DNA of 46,774 nucleotides from Octopus sinensis (taxonomy: Eukaryota), in assembly GCF_006345805.1 (NCBI RefSeq), contig NW_021834581.1, forward strand, positions 1 to 46,774. Direction: 5' to 3'. Under the pieces are notes generated by a model. That model made no database searches. It had not been told where the DNA came from and saw nothing but the letters and a program-made list of their open reading frames with translations. Shown one piece after another: positions 23,736 through 36,553 of the stretch. Each line of letters opens with the position of its first letter. The first letter of the stretch is position 1. The position numbers and the translations under genes were made by a program.

Positions 23736-23857
23736 AGTGTTGTCTTTTTTTGTGTTTGTTGTTCTTCTTTTTTGGATTTTCTTTTCTTATTGCCTGCTAT
23801 TTATACAGGCGCACAAGAAATGCATGAACATACACACTACTTGTCTTTATTCTTCTC

Positions 23858-23859
23858 TG

Positions 23860-23921
<62 letters not shown>

Positions 23922-23961
23922 CATCTATCCATCTATCTATCTATCTATCTATTTATCTATA

Positions 23962-24017
<56 letters not shown>

Positions 24018-24026
24018 CATCTATCC

Positions 24027-24077
<51 letters not shown>

Positions 24078-24102
24078 CATCTATCTATCTATCCATCTAT
24101 CC

Positions 24103-24149
<47 letters not shown>

Positions 24150-24150
24150 C

Positions 24151-24187
<37 letters not shown>

Positions 24188-24197
24188 AGACTCCAAA

Positions 24198-24236
<39 letters not shown>
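23858..24236. repeat. (ATCT)n microsatellite
   Basis: ATCT/ATCC array. Confidence 0.98.
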
Positions 24237-27200
24237 AGACTCCAAACTAATGGAGTACATCACAGGCTACACAAACATCTGTGAAGATGACTTCAAAACT
24301 AACAACCATCCACGCACTACACCACCCAAACATATCAAAATACTACACATCACACAAACACAACACCTCAAACTCAAAGCCCTCTTCCCAAATGCTGTAG
24401 GGGGTTTCCAAAAATATCTGTCCCAAAACTTTATAGAAACCTCCTCGAAGACACCACAAGAACGAGGAAGCCAAACTTTCGACACAAGTAAGTAACCCTC
24501 AGTACTTCCTTTTTGTGTTTCAAAGCACACACACCCCAATAGAATCATGGTCAAGATTGGTTGTGTGAATGCGCGTGGTTTGGGGTCTCCTTGGAAACAA
24601 GGATACCTCCTAAATGACATCAAGTCACATGATTTGGGAATCATAGCCATAAGTGAGACCAGACTCCACGAGCCACGGGCCCTAAAGTCCATGTTTGGCG
24701 GACAGTTTAACATTTATTTCGCTCCCTGTCTGCCGAGGATGGGCGGTAGTGGCACCGCGGTACTTTTTCACAAGCCTGGATCTCGAAGTCAAGACGATAT
24801 TCGAGACCCGGAGGGTAGACTGGTCGTTCTGGATGTCGACGGCAGCAATGGGTGCGCTTTTTCGACTCGTATCAGTCTACGCACCGCCCTTCAGGTCGGG
24901 CGGATTTCTTTCGACGTCTAGAAGTATTCTTGGGAACGTCTCGTCCTTTACTCTTAGGGGGGATTGGAATGCTACCTTGGACACGCATGTAAACTACGTG
25001 GGTAGAGACAGAAACAGAAGGGGATGCAAATGCCTCAGAGACCTGCTCAGACTATTCCAACTGTCTGACAGGTACCGACTCGACCACCCAAATGCACCAA
25101 CGTGACATGGAGCAACCGCAGTGGGTCGTCGAGATCGTATCTAGATAGGATACTGTGTAGGACAGTAGACAGGGATAACTTAAGGATGTCCACAATTCCA
25201 CACAGTCAGCTACACGGATCACAAATTGGTGACGTGTACGCTAGACTGATAAGGCACATAGACAGGGTCCTGGGTACTGGAAACTGAACGCATCATTCCC
25301 GTCCAGACAAGTTTTCAGAGACCGGATTAGCACACTAGTAAAGAGGGCTTTGACGGGAGCCCTCATCAACAACCAATGGTGGTTTGCCCTCAAGAGAGCA
25401 GTAAAAGCAGAAGCGATTAGTACAGCAAAGCACTAGCCATAGATAGAAATAGAGTAGAGGGTGAGCTAGTTAAGAAGCTAGAAGAGGCAATTAGAAGCGG
25501 CATCGCATCCGACGTTTTGGCGGCGAGGTTGGCCCTTGACCAACACTCCAACGCCAAACACGAAGGATGTGCTGTCAGAGCTAGGATGCGTGCTCTAAGG
25601 AACGAAGGTGTTGGAGCCGCGAGAGAGGCCCGGGTGGCAGAGGCGCAACAGGGCAACAAAGCCACCATTCGGTCACTGGTAGATGAACAGGGGCGCGAAT
25701 TGCTCGAGCAATGTGTGAGGCCTTTCAGCAGCATTTTGCCCGACTGTTCGGGACGAGTGGAGGGCAAGAACGTAGGGTGGACTTCAGTGCCTGCCTACAT
25801 AGCCTGCCACGACTCTCGACAAGAAAGGCAGGGTGCTGCGAAGGTGCCATCACGGCGGCGGAAGTGCAGGAAGCGATAGCAGAATGCTCGAGGGACAAAT
25901 CACCGGGTTTGGATTCTACCCTACGAGTTTTACAATTGTATGCCAGACTTGTTTGGAGACGTCTTGGCAGCGGTATACTGCAACTGGCAGCAAAACGGGA
26001 GCATACCTGGTTTTGTGAGTCGAGGAGCTGTAACTCTGCTAAAGAAAGATCCAAACAAGGGAAACATTATAGATAACTTTAGACCAATCACGCTGCTCAA
26101 TGCAGACCTGAAAATTTTGACAAAGGTGTTAGCCAAGAGGTTGGCGCTTGTCATCGAGAAACTGGTCGACAACGCACAAACGTGCGCCGTGCCGGGCCGG
26201 AGCATCCATGACAACCTCCATCTGATGCGCTACATCATAGACAGGGTAGTTAACGAACCTGGCATGGGTGGGGCCCTGATCAACTTGGATCAATCGAAAG
26301 CCTTTGATAGGGTAGACCATCGATACTTGGAGGCAGTCCTGAGAGCGGCTGGTTTCGGTCCCGTCTTCCGCGGCTGGTAGCTGCCTTGTACAGAGGCATC
26401 CGTTCGGTAATTCGCGTAAATGGACATCTATCGAGACCTTTCGACATTGCACGTTCGGTCCGTCAGGGATGCCCCCTCTCGGCGCTTCTATACGTATTGA
26501 CTCTTGAGCCACTACTGCGGAAGCTGGCGACTCTAAGGGGCATCCCGCGAGGATTGGGATGCGGGACGAGCGTGTCTGCATACGCGGACGACGTCACCGT
26601 CATAGTGTCAAGCCACGAGCACATCGAGCGGGTCGGCGAGACACTGAAAGACTACGAAGCGGTGACAGGAGCAAAATCAACCGGGAAAAGTCAGTGGGCT
26701 TGCGGCTCGGCACCTGGAGAAGCAGTCCAAGCCGTCCCACCAGTACCGACCTCCGTCGTGGGACACTGGACAGACGGCCCGGTTGAGTTGCTCGGGGGTC
26801 TGGTTCGGTCCGGACCTCCAAATGGAGAAGAACTGGAACGAGATAACTAGTAGGGTGGTCACTCTCGCCCAGCAATGGGCCGAGAGGAAACTGTCCCTAA
26901 AAGGTCGGGCGGAGGTGGTGAACGCGTACATCGCGTCCATCATCTACTACCGCCTGACCGTCGTACGTGTCCCGACCCTACCATCACTAAACTAGAACGC
27001 ATCCTCTTCCGCTTCTTGTGGAAAGGATGGGTCCCGATGGTCAGGCGATCCATTTGCTGTCAACACCCGTTAAAAGGAGGGCTGGGCATGCAGTGGTTGA
27101 TGATGCGCAGACACGCGCTGAGACTGCGACATCTCCCGGCTCTATGTAGACGACGGTGACAGGTGTGGTCGCCGTTGTGAGGCACGCATTCCCGCAACTC

Positions 27201-28316
27201 GTCTCCATGACCGAACTACAGTCGTGGATCAAAAGAGGCCGAGGAAGGGCGATTGGCACCCGCGAGTGTCGCGTTGCTCTCAAGCAACTCTGCCGTCCCG
27301 GGTCGACCTTGAGTGACTTCAACACAACCAAAGCATTCTATAGGGGATTAGTGGAGGGGAGGTACGACGACGAGCTCGGAGCAACCTGGGCGTCGACGAG
27401 GAATACCTGACCCGCCTGTTTCAACGACTTTCGGCCCCGGGACCTATGGACAACTTCCAGAGATCCCTGGCCTGGCGGTGCCTACCGAGAAGCGCTACCC
27501 GTTCGGGATAAGTCTATAGGATGGCTCGAGAAACACGGGCCGACCTGCCCGAGATGCGGTCAGAGCGACGACGAACCGCTCTGCACGCAATCGTGCAGTG
27601 TCCAGCAATTTCCGACCTGTGGGCTTATGTCGAACGACTGCTGTCACGTGTGGGACGTGTCGGTTTATCAGCCGAGTCTATCGTTAATATCGTCACACCT
27701 CCTTCCTTCAAACGGGAAGGAAGAGCTATTTTTTATCATACTTGTGGCTATGGCGAAAGAATGTATCTGGTGACGCGCCTGAAAGGATTAGAGACAAACA
27801 CTTTCCTCTCTGTCAATCTCTCATCAACTTCTTCAAGTATCACCTGAAGAAGAAAGTGAGAGTAGAGAGGCATTTTTGTCTAGTGAATGTTTTAAAAAAA
27901 AGATGGGTGAATGTAGCAAGGATGGCACGTATGAATGACGAAGCCACCTTGACTATGATTCTATAACCATAAAAATTATACAGAGAGTTGCTTATTTGCA
28001 AAAAAAAAAAAAGAAATATAACATTGACTCCATTGACCGAGGTTACCGTGGTCTTTCCGTAGGCTTTTTCTTTTCACGGGTAAACCTCACCTGTCCTCCC
28101 TTTACACTTCATTTGACATTTCTGTGATAACGATCCCTATTACATTTTTTGTCCCCCCCCTTTTTTTAACCCCTCCCCTTTTTTTTTGTCTTTTTCTTTC
28201 CTTTTACGATCCCTTTTGATCAAAAACCACCACTCTCCTTTTTTACCCCCAAAAGAAAAGCTCTACCTTGTAATTTGTTCTATCTGTGTGCAGCCCTGTG
28301 TGGCTAATAAGAAACA
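24237..28316 (+). mobile_element. L1/Tx1-clade LINE copy 1: end of ORF1, near-complete frameshifted ORF2 (APE-RT-zinc knuckle), pyrimidine-rich 3' UTR
   Basis: ATG 24547 MVKIGCVNARGLGSPWKQ..ISETRL; GDWNATLD; SYLDRI; NFRPITLLNADLKILTKVLA; LDQSKAFDRVDH; RQGCPLS; AYADDVTV; stop 27966; ends AATAAGAAACAT-(ATCT)n. Confidence 0.95.
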
Positions 28317-28322
28317 TATCTA

Positions 28323-28355
<33 letters not shown>

Positions 28356-28403
28356 CATCTATCTATCTATCTATCTTCTATCTATCTATCTATCTATCTA
28401 TCC

Positions 28404-28453
<50 letters not shown>
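28317..28453. repeat. (ATCT)n microsatellite
   Basis: Separates LINE copies 1 and 2. Confidence 0.98.
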
Positions 28454-28454
<1 letters not shown>

Positions 28455-30204
28455 GTGTCTGCATACGCGGACGACGTCACCGTCATAGTGTCAAGCCACG
28501 AGCACATCGAACTGGTCGGCGAGACACTGAAAAACTACGAAGCGGTGACAGGAGCAAAAATCAACCGTGAAAAATCAGTGGGCTTGCGACTAGGCACCTG
28601 GAGAAGCAAGCTCATGCCGTCCACCAGCGCCTCTGTCGTGGGACGCTGGACCGACGGCCCGGTTGAGTTGCTCGGGGTATGGTTTGGTCCGGACCTCCAA
28701 GTGGAGAAGAACTGGAACGAGATAACGAGTAGGGTGGTCACTCTCGCCCGGCAATGGGCCGAGAGGAAACTGTCCCTAAAAGGTCGAGCGGAGGTGGCGA
28801 ACACGTACATCGCGTCCGTCATCTACTACCGCCTGACCGTCGTACCTTGTCCCGACCCTACCATCACCAAACTACAACGCATCTTCTTTCGCTTCTTGTG
28901 GAAGGGATGCGTCCCGATGGTCAGGCGATCCTTTGCTGTCAACACCCGTTAAAAGGAGGGCTGGGCATGCGTGGTTGATGATGCGCACACGCGCTGAGAC
29001 TGCGACATCTCTGGCTCTATGTAGACGACGGTGAACAGGTGTGGTCGCCGTTTTGTGAGGCACGCTTTCCCGCAGCTCGTCTCCATGACCGAACTGCAGT
29101 CGTGGATCAAAAAGAGGCCGAGGAAGGGCGATTGGCACCGCGAGTGTCGCGTTGCTCTCAAGCAACTCTGCCGTCCTGGGTCGACCTTAAGTGACTTCAA
29201 CACAACCAAAGCATTCTATAGGTTTAGTGGAGGGAGGTACGACGACGAGCTCGGGGCGAACCTGGACGTCGACGAGGAGTACCTGACCCGCCTGTTCAGG
29301 ACGACTTTCGGCCAGGGCCCTGGACAACTTCCAGGGATCCCTGGCCTGGCAGTGCTACCGAGAGCGCTACCCGTTCGGGATAAGCTCTACAGACACGGCT
29401 CGAGAAACACGGGGGCCGACCTGCCCGAGATGCGGTCAGAGCGACGAAACCGTTCTGCACGCACTCGTTCAGTGTCCAACAATTTCCGACCTGTGGCTTA
29501 TGTCGAACAACTGCTGTCACGTGTGGGACGAGTCGGTTTATCAGCTGAGTCTATCGTCAATATTGTCACGCCTCCTTCCTTCAAACGGGAAGGAAGAGCT
29601 ATTTTCATCATCCTTGTGGCTATGGCGAAAGAATGTATCTGGTGGACGCGTCTGAAAGGATTGGAGGCAAACACTTTCCTCTCTGGTCAAGCTCTCATCA
29701 ACTTCTTCAAGTACCACTTGAAAAGGAAAGTGAGAGTAGAGAGGTAAGTTTTGTCTAGCGAATGTTTTAAAAAAAATGGTGAATGTAGCAAGAATGGCAC
29801 GTATGAATGACGAAGCCACCTTGAGCATAGTCCTATGAACCCAGAAATCGAAAACAGAGAGTTGCTTTTTTGCAAAAAAAAAAAAAAAAGAAATATAATA
29901 AAATGTGACTTCATTGACGAGGTTACCGTGGTCTTTTCCGTAGCTTTTCTTTCCACGGGTAAACCTCACCTGTCCTCCCCTTTACACTTCATATTGACAT
30001 TTCTGTGATAACGATCCCTATTGATCAATTTTTTTTCCTCTCCCCCCTTTTTTTAAACCCCCCCTTTTTTGTCCTCTTTCTCTCCTTTTACGATCCCTTT
30101 TGATCGAAACTCCCCCTTCTTTTTTTTTTAACCCTTCAAAGAAAAGCTCTACCTTGTAATTTGTTCTATCTGTCTGCAGCCCAGTGTGGGTAATAAAGAA
30201 ACAT
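28454..30204 (+). mobile_element. L1/Tx1-clade LINE copy 2, 5'-truncated just before YADD
   Basis: Begins CGTGTCTGCATACGCGGACGAC (as ~26571 in copy 1), colinear with copy 1 to AATAAAGAAACAT-(ATCT)n. Confidence 0.95.
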
Positions 30205-30220
30205 ATCTATCTATCTATCC

Positions 30221-30283
<63 letters not shown>

Positions 30284-30324
30284 CATCTATCTATCTATCT
30301 ATCTATCTATCTCTCTATCTATCC

Positions 30325-30355
<31 letters not shown>

Positions 30356-30409
30356 ATCTATCTATCCATCTATCCATCCATCATATATCTATCTATCTAT
30401 CTATCTATC

Positions 30410-30452
<43 letters not shown>

Positions 30453-30460
30453 CATCTATC

Positions 30461-30493
<33 letters not shown>

Positions 30494-30494
30494 C

Positions 30495-30529
<35 letters not shown>

Positions 30530-30577
30530 CATCTATCTATCTTCTATCTATCTATCTATCTATCTATCCATCTATCC

Positions 30578-30608
<31 letters not shown>

Positions 30609-30765
30609 CATCTATCTATCTTATCTATCTATCTATCTATCTATCTATCCTCCATCTATCCATCCTCATCTATCTATCTATCTATCTATCTGTCTTCTAT
30701 ATCGTCTATCTATCTATCTATCTATCTATCTACCTATCTATCTATCTGTCTAATCTATCTATCTA

Positions 30766-30815
<50 letters not shown>

Positions 30816-30850
30816 CTCTGTCTGTCTATCTGTCTATGTACCTACCTACC
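30205..30850. repeat. (ATCT)n microsatellite, ~650 bp
   Basis: ATCT/ATCC array with interruptions. Confidence 0.98.
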
Positions 30851-31026
30851 TTCCTAACTATCTCTCTCCCGATATATATAATTGTGTGTGTGTGTGTGAG
30901 TAGAGAGAGAGAAAGATTGAGAGAGAGAGACATACAGATAGAAATAATTATAGATAATAATAATAACAACAACAGCAACAACACCACCACGAACAACAAT
31001 AACAATATTCATAGTTTAGGATAATC

Positions 31027-31088
<62 letters not shown>

Positions 31089-31094
31089 TTCAAA

Positions 31095-31200
31095 ACGTAA
31101 CCACATGTGAATCGTTAGCGATTCTATTCCTCTGTCTTCCTTTCTATTAAACTTTCTTCTGTTTCTGAAGAAAAATCGTTGCTCGAAACGTTAAAACATA
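31095..31200 (+). mobile_element. Short PLE-type repeat with a minimal hammerhead-like motif (stem II decayed)
   Basis: TGTTT-CTGAAGA(31165)-AAAATCGTTGCTC-GAAAC-GTT-AAAACA; upstream flank homologous to the reverse complement of 4085-4160. Confidence 0.55.
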
Positions 31201-31608
31201 TGTAGTACTCCTTGGAGTAGTCCGTCCGCTTTGGTCCTCCCGTGACTCCCACCTCTCACCTGTGGTTCATCAATGCTATCTGCATGCAACAGTATCCACA
31301 CCCAGGCTCACGGCTTCCACAGGCTGGCTAAACCATGGTAAGGGTAGCACACGGCCTTTAACCATTGGTGGACTAGGGCTTGTCTATCTAAGGATGTGAA
31401 CCGGTGGAGTGTGCTGAGGAAACCAATAGATAGGCTCACGGACCAGCATGCTTTGTGGAGGGTGAACTGCAACGTGTCTTTAGTTTTCTTCACTTCATCC
31501 TTCCACTGGAATCACAGAGGAAGGGACGAGAGAGTGAGCCAGATGCTATTGTGCAACCTTCCCTCACTTTAATCCTTGTCACGCTCAGTTCAAGGGTCAG
31601 GTAAAATA

Positions 31609-31641
31609 TTGGGTTGGTGCATAATTATTGCGGCTATTTTT
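31609..31641 (+). mobile_element. Solo mariner-type TIR
   Basis: TA|TTGGGTTGGTGCATAATTATTGCGGCTATTTTT resembles the Hsmar1/MADE1 TIR TTAGGTTGGTGCAAAAGTAATTGCGGTTTT; no partner TIR seen. Confidence 0.65.
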
Positions 31642-31989
31642 CAACAAATATTATTCAACAAAACCAATAAAAATATTTATCAAAAACATATTTACTGTTA
31701 TTTCTAGCATCACGTAGGACCACCAATTGGATAATATTCTTCTGGATGCTTCTTAAAGTCTCCTTTAATCCTTCATGAAAAGCAATATAATATAAACTAT
31801 TATTTTTAGCATATACCACCCGACCACCACCAGTAGGGCAATATATTTGATAGACGCCTCCTCAAGTGTTCTGCTTTATATAAAACAAAAACATTAGGAA
31901 TTTCAAGGTGTTTGGTTGCTGTTTCACGAATAATGCGAGAGAATAGAGAGGTGAGATTCTTTTATAAAAGTCGAAATGGTTTTGGGAGG

Positions 31990-33810
31990 GAAACAATGGA
32001 TTAGGAAAGAAAGAGAGTGAGAGAGAGAGTAAAAAGAATAAAGGGAAAGAATGAAAGAGAGTGAAGAGAGAGAAAGAGAAGAAGAAATGAAAGAGAGAAA
32101 AAGATGAATGAAAGAGGAGGGAAGGAATAAAGTAACATGATTCTGTAATAATGCATGAAATGAGAGCGGGGGAGAGAAGGAAAGAAAGAAAGGGAGAAGG
32201 AATGAAGGAAAAAAGAAGGAGAAAAGAAAGAAAGAAGGGAAATGAAGGAAAGAAGGAGAGAAAGATAAGAGCAGGGCGAGAGGGAGAGAGAGTAAAAGGA
32301 GAAAAGGAAAGGAAACGAAACAACGACAATAAAAGGAAGGAAGAAAGAGAAAAGAAGCAAAGGAGAAGGAAAGATAAGAGCGATGAATGAAAAAAGAATA
32401 AAGGGTAAGAAGAAGGAAATAACGAAAATGAATGAATGAAAGAAAAAAGAATGAGAGAAATGAAGGAAGATAGAAAGACAGAAAGGAAAGAAAGGAAGAA
32501 AGAAAGAAAGAAAGAAAGAAGGAAAGAAAGAGAGAAATGAAAGAAGGAAGAAAGAAAGGGAAGAAAGAAGAAAAAAGAGAAAAGAAAGAAGAAAAAGAAA
32601 GGAAAGAAGAAAGAAGAAAAGAAAGGAAATAATGAAAATAATGAAGGAAGGGAGGAGGAAGGAGGGAAAAAGAAAGAAGAAAGAAAGAAGAAAGAAGGAA
32701 GGAAAGAAGAAAGAATAAAGAAGAAAGAAGGAAAGAAGAAAGAATGCGAGAAATGAAGGAAGGAAGAAAGAAAGGGAAGAAGAAAGAAGAAAAAGGAAGA
32801 GAGAAAGAAAAAACAAGAACAAAAGTGAGAAGGAAAAAACAAAGAACGAAAAAAGAAAGAAGAAGGAAAGGAAAAGTAAAGAAAGAAAGAAAGGAGGAAA
32901 GAAAGGAAGATAGGGAAAGGATAGAAAGAAAGAAAGGAAGAGAGGGAAAGGCGAGAAAGAAAGAAATAATGCAAAAAGAGAGAAAGAAAATTGAAAGAAA
33001 TTAAAGGGAAACAAAAAGAAAGAAAGAATGAGAGAGAGATAGAGAGGAAGGCGACGTAATTCTGTAAAAATGATGAGAAGAAAGAGGGAGAGGAAAGGAG
33101 AGAGGAAGTAGGAAGGAGGAGGGATTAGAGAAATTAATGTTAAGAAGAGAGGAGGAGTATGAGATGATAGACAAAGAGTAAAAAGGCGGAGCATTAATAT
33201 ATAATAAGGTAGTAGAGAGAGGGAGAGGGAGAGAGGGAGAAGAGAGAGACGAGAAACAGAGACACGGAGACACAGAGAAACATAAGAAGCGAGAGGGCGA
33301 AAGAAGAGACTGAAATAGAGAATTGGAGAGAGCAAAGAGAGGAAAGACAGACATAAGAAAGAGAGGAGATGGAAGGGAGGAGAAAGGGAGGGAAAGAATG
33401 AGGTAAGAGAGTGAGAGAGTATTATATAAGGAGGTGGAGGAAGAGAGAGAATGATACATAGGTTTAGAAGAGAGAGAGGAGAGTGTGACGTCGGGCGGGG
33501 CAAAAGAGGTAGAGGGATAGTATGAGATATGAGGTGGTAAAAAAGGAGGGAGAGAGACAAAAAGTGAGGGAGGGGGAAGGAAACAGAGATGATGTATGAG
33601 ATATATGCTTTGTGAGGGAGGGAGAGTAAGAGTTGAGAGAAAACGAGGGATGCGGGAGGCGGGGTTAAACAATAACATAAATAAGTGACAGAGAGAGGAG
33701 TAGAGAAGGAGAGGGAATGATGTGTGTGATAAGAGAGGGAGTCTATCATGTATTAGAGAAAGGAAGAGGGGAAGGATGAGGTATTAATACAGAATGAGGA
33801 AGGAGAGAGA
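31990..33810. repeat. Polypurine low-complexity tract (GAAA/GAAG/GA-rich)
   Basis: ~1.8 kb strongly A/G-biased on +; a second tract at ~34370-34870. Confidence 0.95.
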
Positions 33811-36553
33811 AGATTTTCGAAATGTCCTTCATTTTCATATGAAACACAAAACCAAACTTTAACATACTTGGCTGTTATTTCTAGTATCACATTTGATCCC
33901 CAAGTGGACTATATTTCCTCAGAAGCTCCATAAAGTGACCTTCATGAAAACAATGTAAAGTACAGCGTAATAGTCTGTTATTTCTAGCAAGATACGTTTT
34001 ATAGACGCTTCTTCACTTGGTTTCTCATTCGAGGGAGAAGTCTGACCAGATCCGGGAAAAAGTTTTATAAATGCTTCTTAAATTGTCTTTCAATTTCGTA
34101 TGAAATACAAAGCAACTTTGAGTGTAGTGGGCTGTTATTTCTAGCATAATGTCAAACCACCTGTAGGACGATTCTTTGAATAAATGCTTCTTAAATTGTC
34201 CGTCAATGCCTCGACTATTTCATTTCCTCAATTAAGAACTACACAGTAATTATGTAATTAATCGTTAGTTAAATAATTAGCTTCTGGTAAAATAATTAGC
34301 GAGAGAGAAATTTTAAGGTAAATCTGAAAATATAATTTATTTGTAAGAAAATAAGGTTTCTTAGGAATAAAAGGAGAGGAAGAGGGAGAGGGTAACATAT
34401 AAGGAGGTGGGAGAGATAGAGAGAGAAAGAAAGGAAGAAAGAGTTGAAGAGAGAGAGAGAAAGGAAGAGAGAAAGAGAGATAGGGAAATCTAGGGAAGGG
34501 GAGGGATATGTTAATGTATGAAATGGCAGAGAAAGAAAGAGAAAGAGTGTGTGTGTGTGAGAGAGAGAGAGGGATTGATATATATACGTTTAGGAAGTGA
34601 GGGAGAGGATGAGGTTAACGCTTTTGCAAGGGAGGCGGGGTTGGTTGAATTGAATATATAATGAGGTTCTGAGAGAAAGGAGACAAAGAGGGAGAAGTGG
34701 GAGGATATGTTTTGTAGGGGAGGGAGAAAGAGTATGAAAATGCATTTTGGGTTTAGTGAGGTACAGACAGAGGGAATTCAGACTACAAGCAAGGGAGGGG
34801 GAAGCATTGGGTAATATATGAGAAGGTGGGAGACGGAAGGGAAGAGAAAGTGACAGACAAAGAGGGAGAGTGCGCTTATTGGACGATATATATTTAGTAA
34901 TAGGGGAAGGGTATGAGTTTATAAAGAAAGCAAAATGGGCGGAGTCATTCTACATTATACAATGTGGTGGGAGGTGTCAAAGCGTAAGAACAATAACTCT
35001 CATTGAATCCCTTTTCGCTTTAAATTGTATTTTTTTCTTGCGCAGAATTTGAAGATTTCCAAAAATGATTTAATGTAAATAATAGATCGAAGTGTTTATA
35101 ACGCAATATCAATAAATATCGAACACTTTTCTATATCACTGATTCGTTTTTCGTTTCGCTTTTTTAATATTGCAATTCTTACCCTTTAATTTCCTCCTCG
35201 TAATCTTCACACTGCACCCTGCACCTATTGTGGATGCAGCTGCTAGAAATAGCAGCCAAACATCGCATACTAAATGAAACCTCTTATTTCTTTATTGCTT
35301 CAAAATTTATTTATTAAGTTGAGGAAAAAGTTCTTGCGTTTGGTCTTTATTTTGAAGAATATTTGTTAATTTATAATAAAATCTTGCATAAAAAGATCAT
35401 TATTTTAACACGACGCACGGACATTTGCCTCAATCTAATAGTTTCTATTTTATATTCGGCATTTGGTCAGAAAACTGCAAAGATTAGCCATTAACTGTCC
35501 ACTACAAAGAGAAGGGAGCAAGAATATGCAATGAAAGTGCAGTTTAGTGCAGCCGTGCACCGGTTGTCGTCGTAATATAAGCTGCAGAATTGTGAAAGTA
35601 AACTTCAAGAAGGAAAGGGATCAGACCGGAAGTGATGAGAATAGAACAGGAAACAAGCGAATGCAATCTAACGGAGCACAATTCAGCTCATAGTGACGAC
35701 GCCTCTACAACCGAAACATCTCGACACAATGTTTTTACTCATCGCAGGCCGGTCTCATGGATGTGTGACGGAGCTGTGTTGCGGGGAAAGAGCTACGAGA
35801 ACGGAAATCGACGGAAGTTGACGCATCTCGACGGTTATGAATGAGTTCAGTGTGAAGATATTAAATGCCTTTCGGTATTGCTTCAGATGTTTCACACCCG
35901 AATTTCCTGCCCCAGAGCTTCCAGAAGATGGAGATTTTGAATTATATTTTCTAAAACTGACCTTCTGATGCTGTCAATTGCGATTATATCGGATTATTTG
36001 ATGAAAACATTTTTCGTACTTCGATGTGAGGAGTTTGGAAAATTCACACAAGGCGTCTGGCTTTTTTCACAACTTTCAGAAAATTAGTAAATTTTTAATG
36101 GAATTTTCTATGAATGCCTTTCAGAGTGTGTCGATTACAATTATAAAATAATAATAATAATAAATAATATGAAATTATTGTATACAGTGCTCAGGTGCAA
36201 CACAACTTGTCCGAAAGTGCGTATAAGGTGTATGCAGTAATGTACAAATGTCTGGATGCTTGTGTGTGTATAGAGGGGAGGAAATCAGGTGCAGTGTTGG
36301 CGAATCTCAGAAAACAAGGAAGTTTTGAAGGATGCAGTGCTCCGACAACTAACAACTGATCCCGGCAGTTTGTTCCATGCTTCAGCAACTCTCAGCGTGA
36401 AAAAGTATATCGGAAATGAATATGAGAAAATTAATTTGATGGATTACTACACATACATAATACAACATGTCACATATCGACAAAAGGAAACTTGAAATTT
36501 CGAAGAAAATTGTGATGTGCGCCATTGTCTGTGTGTGAATGTGTGTGTGTGTG

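Noticed and set aside
31862-33749. Long minus-strand ORFs of 370, 582 and 225 aa
   Set aside because: Antisense of a polypurine tract, which cannot contain stops; F/S/L only, no domain.
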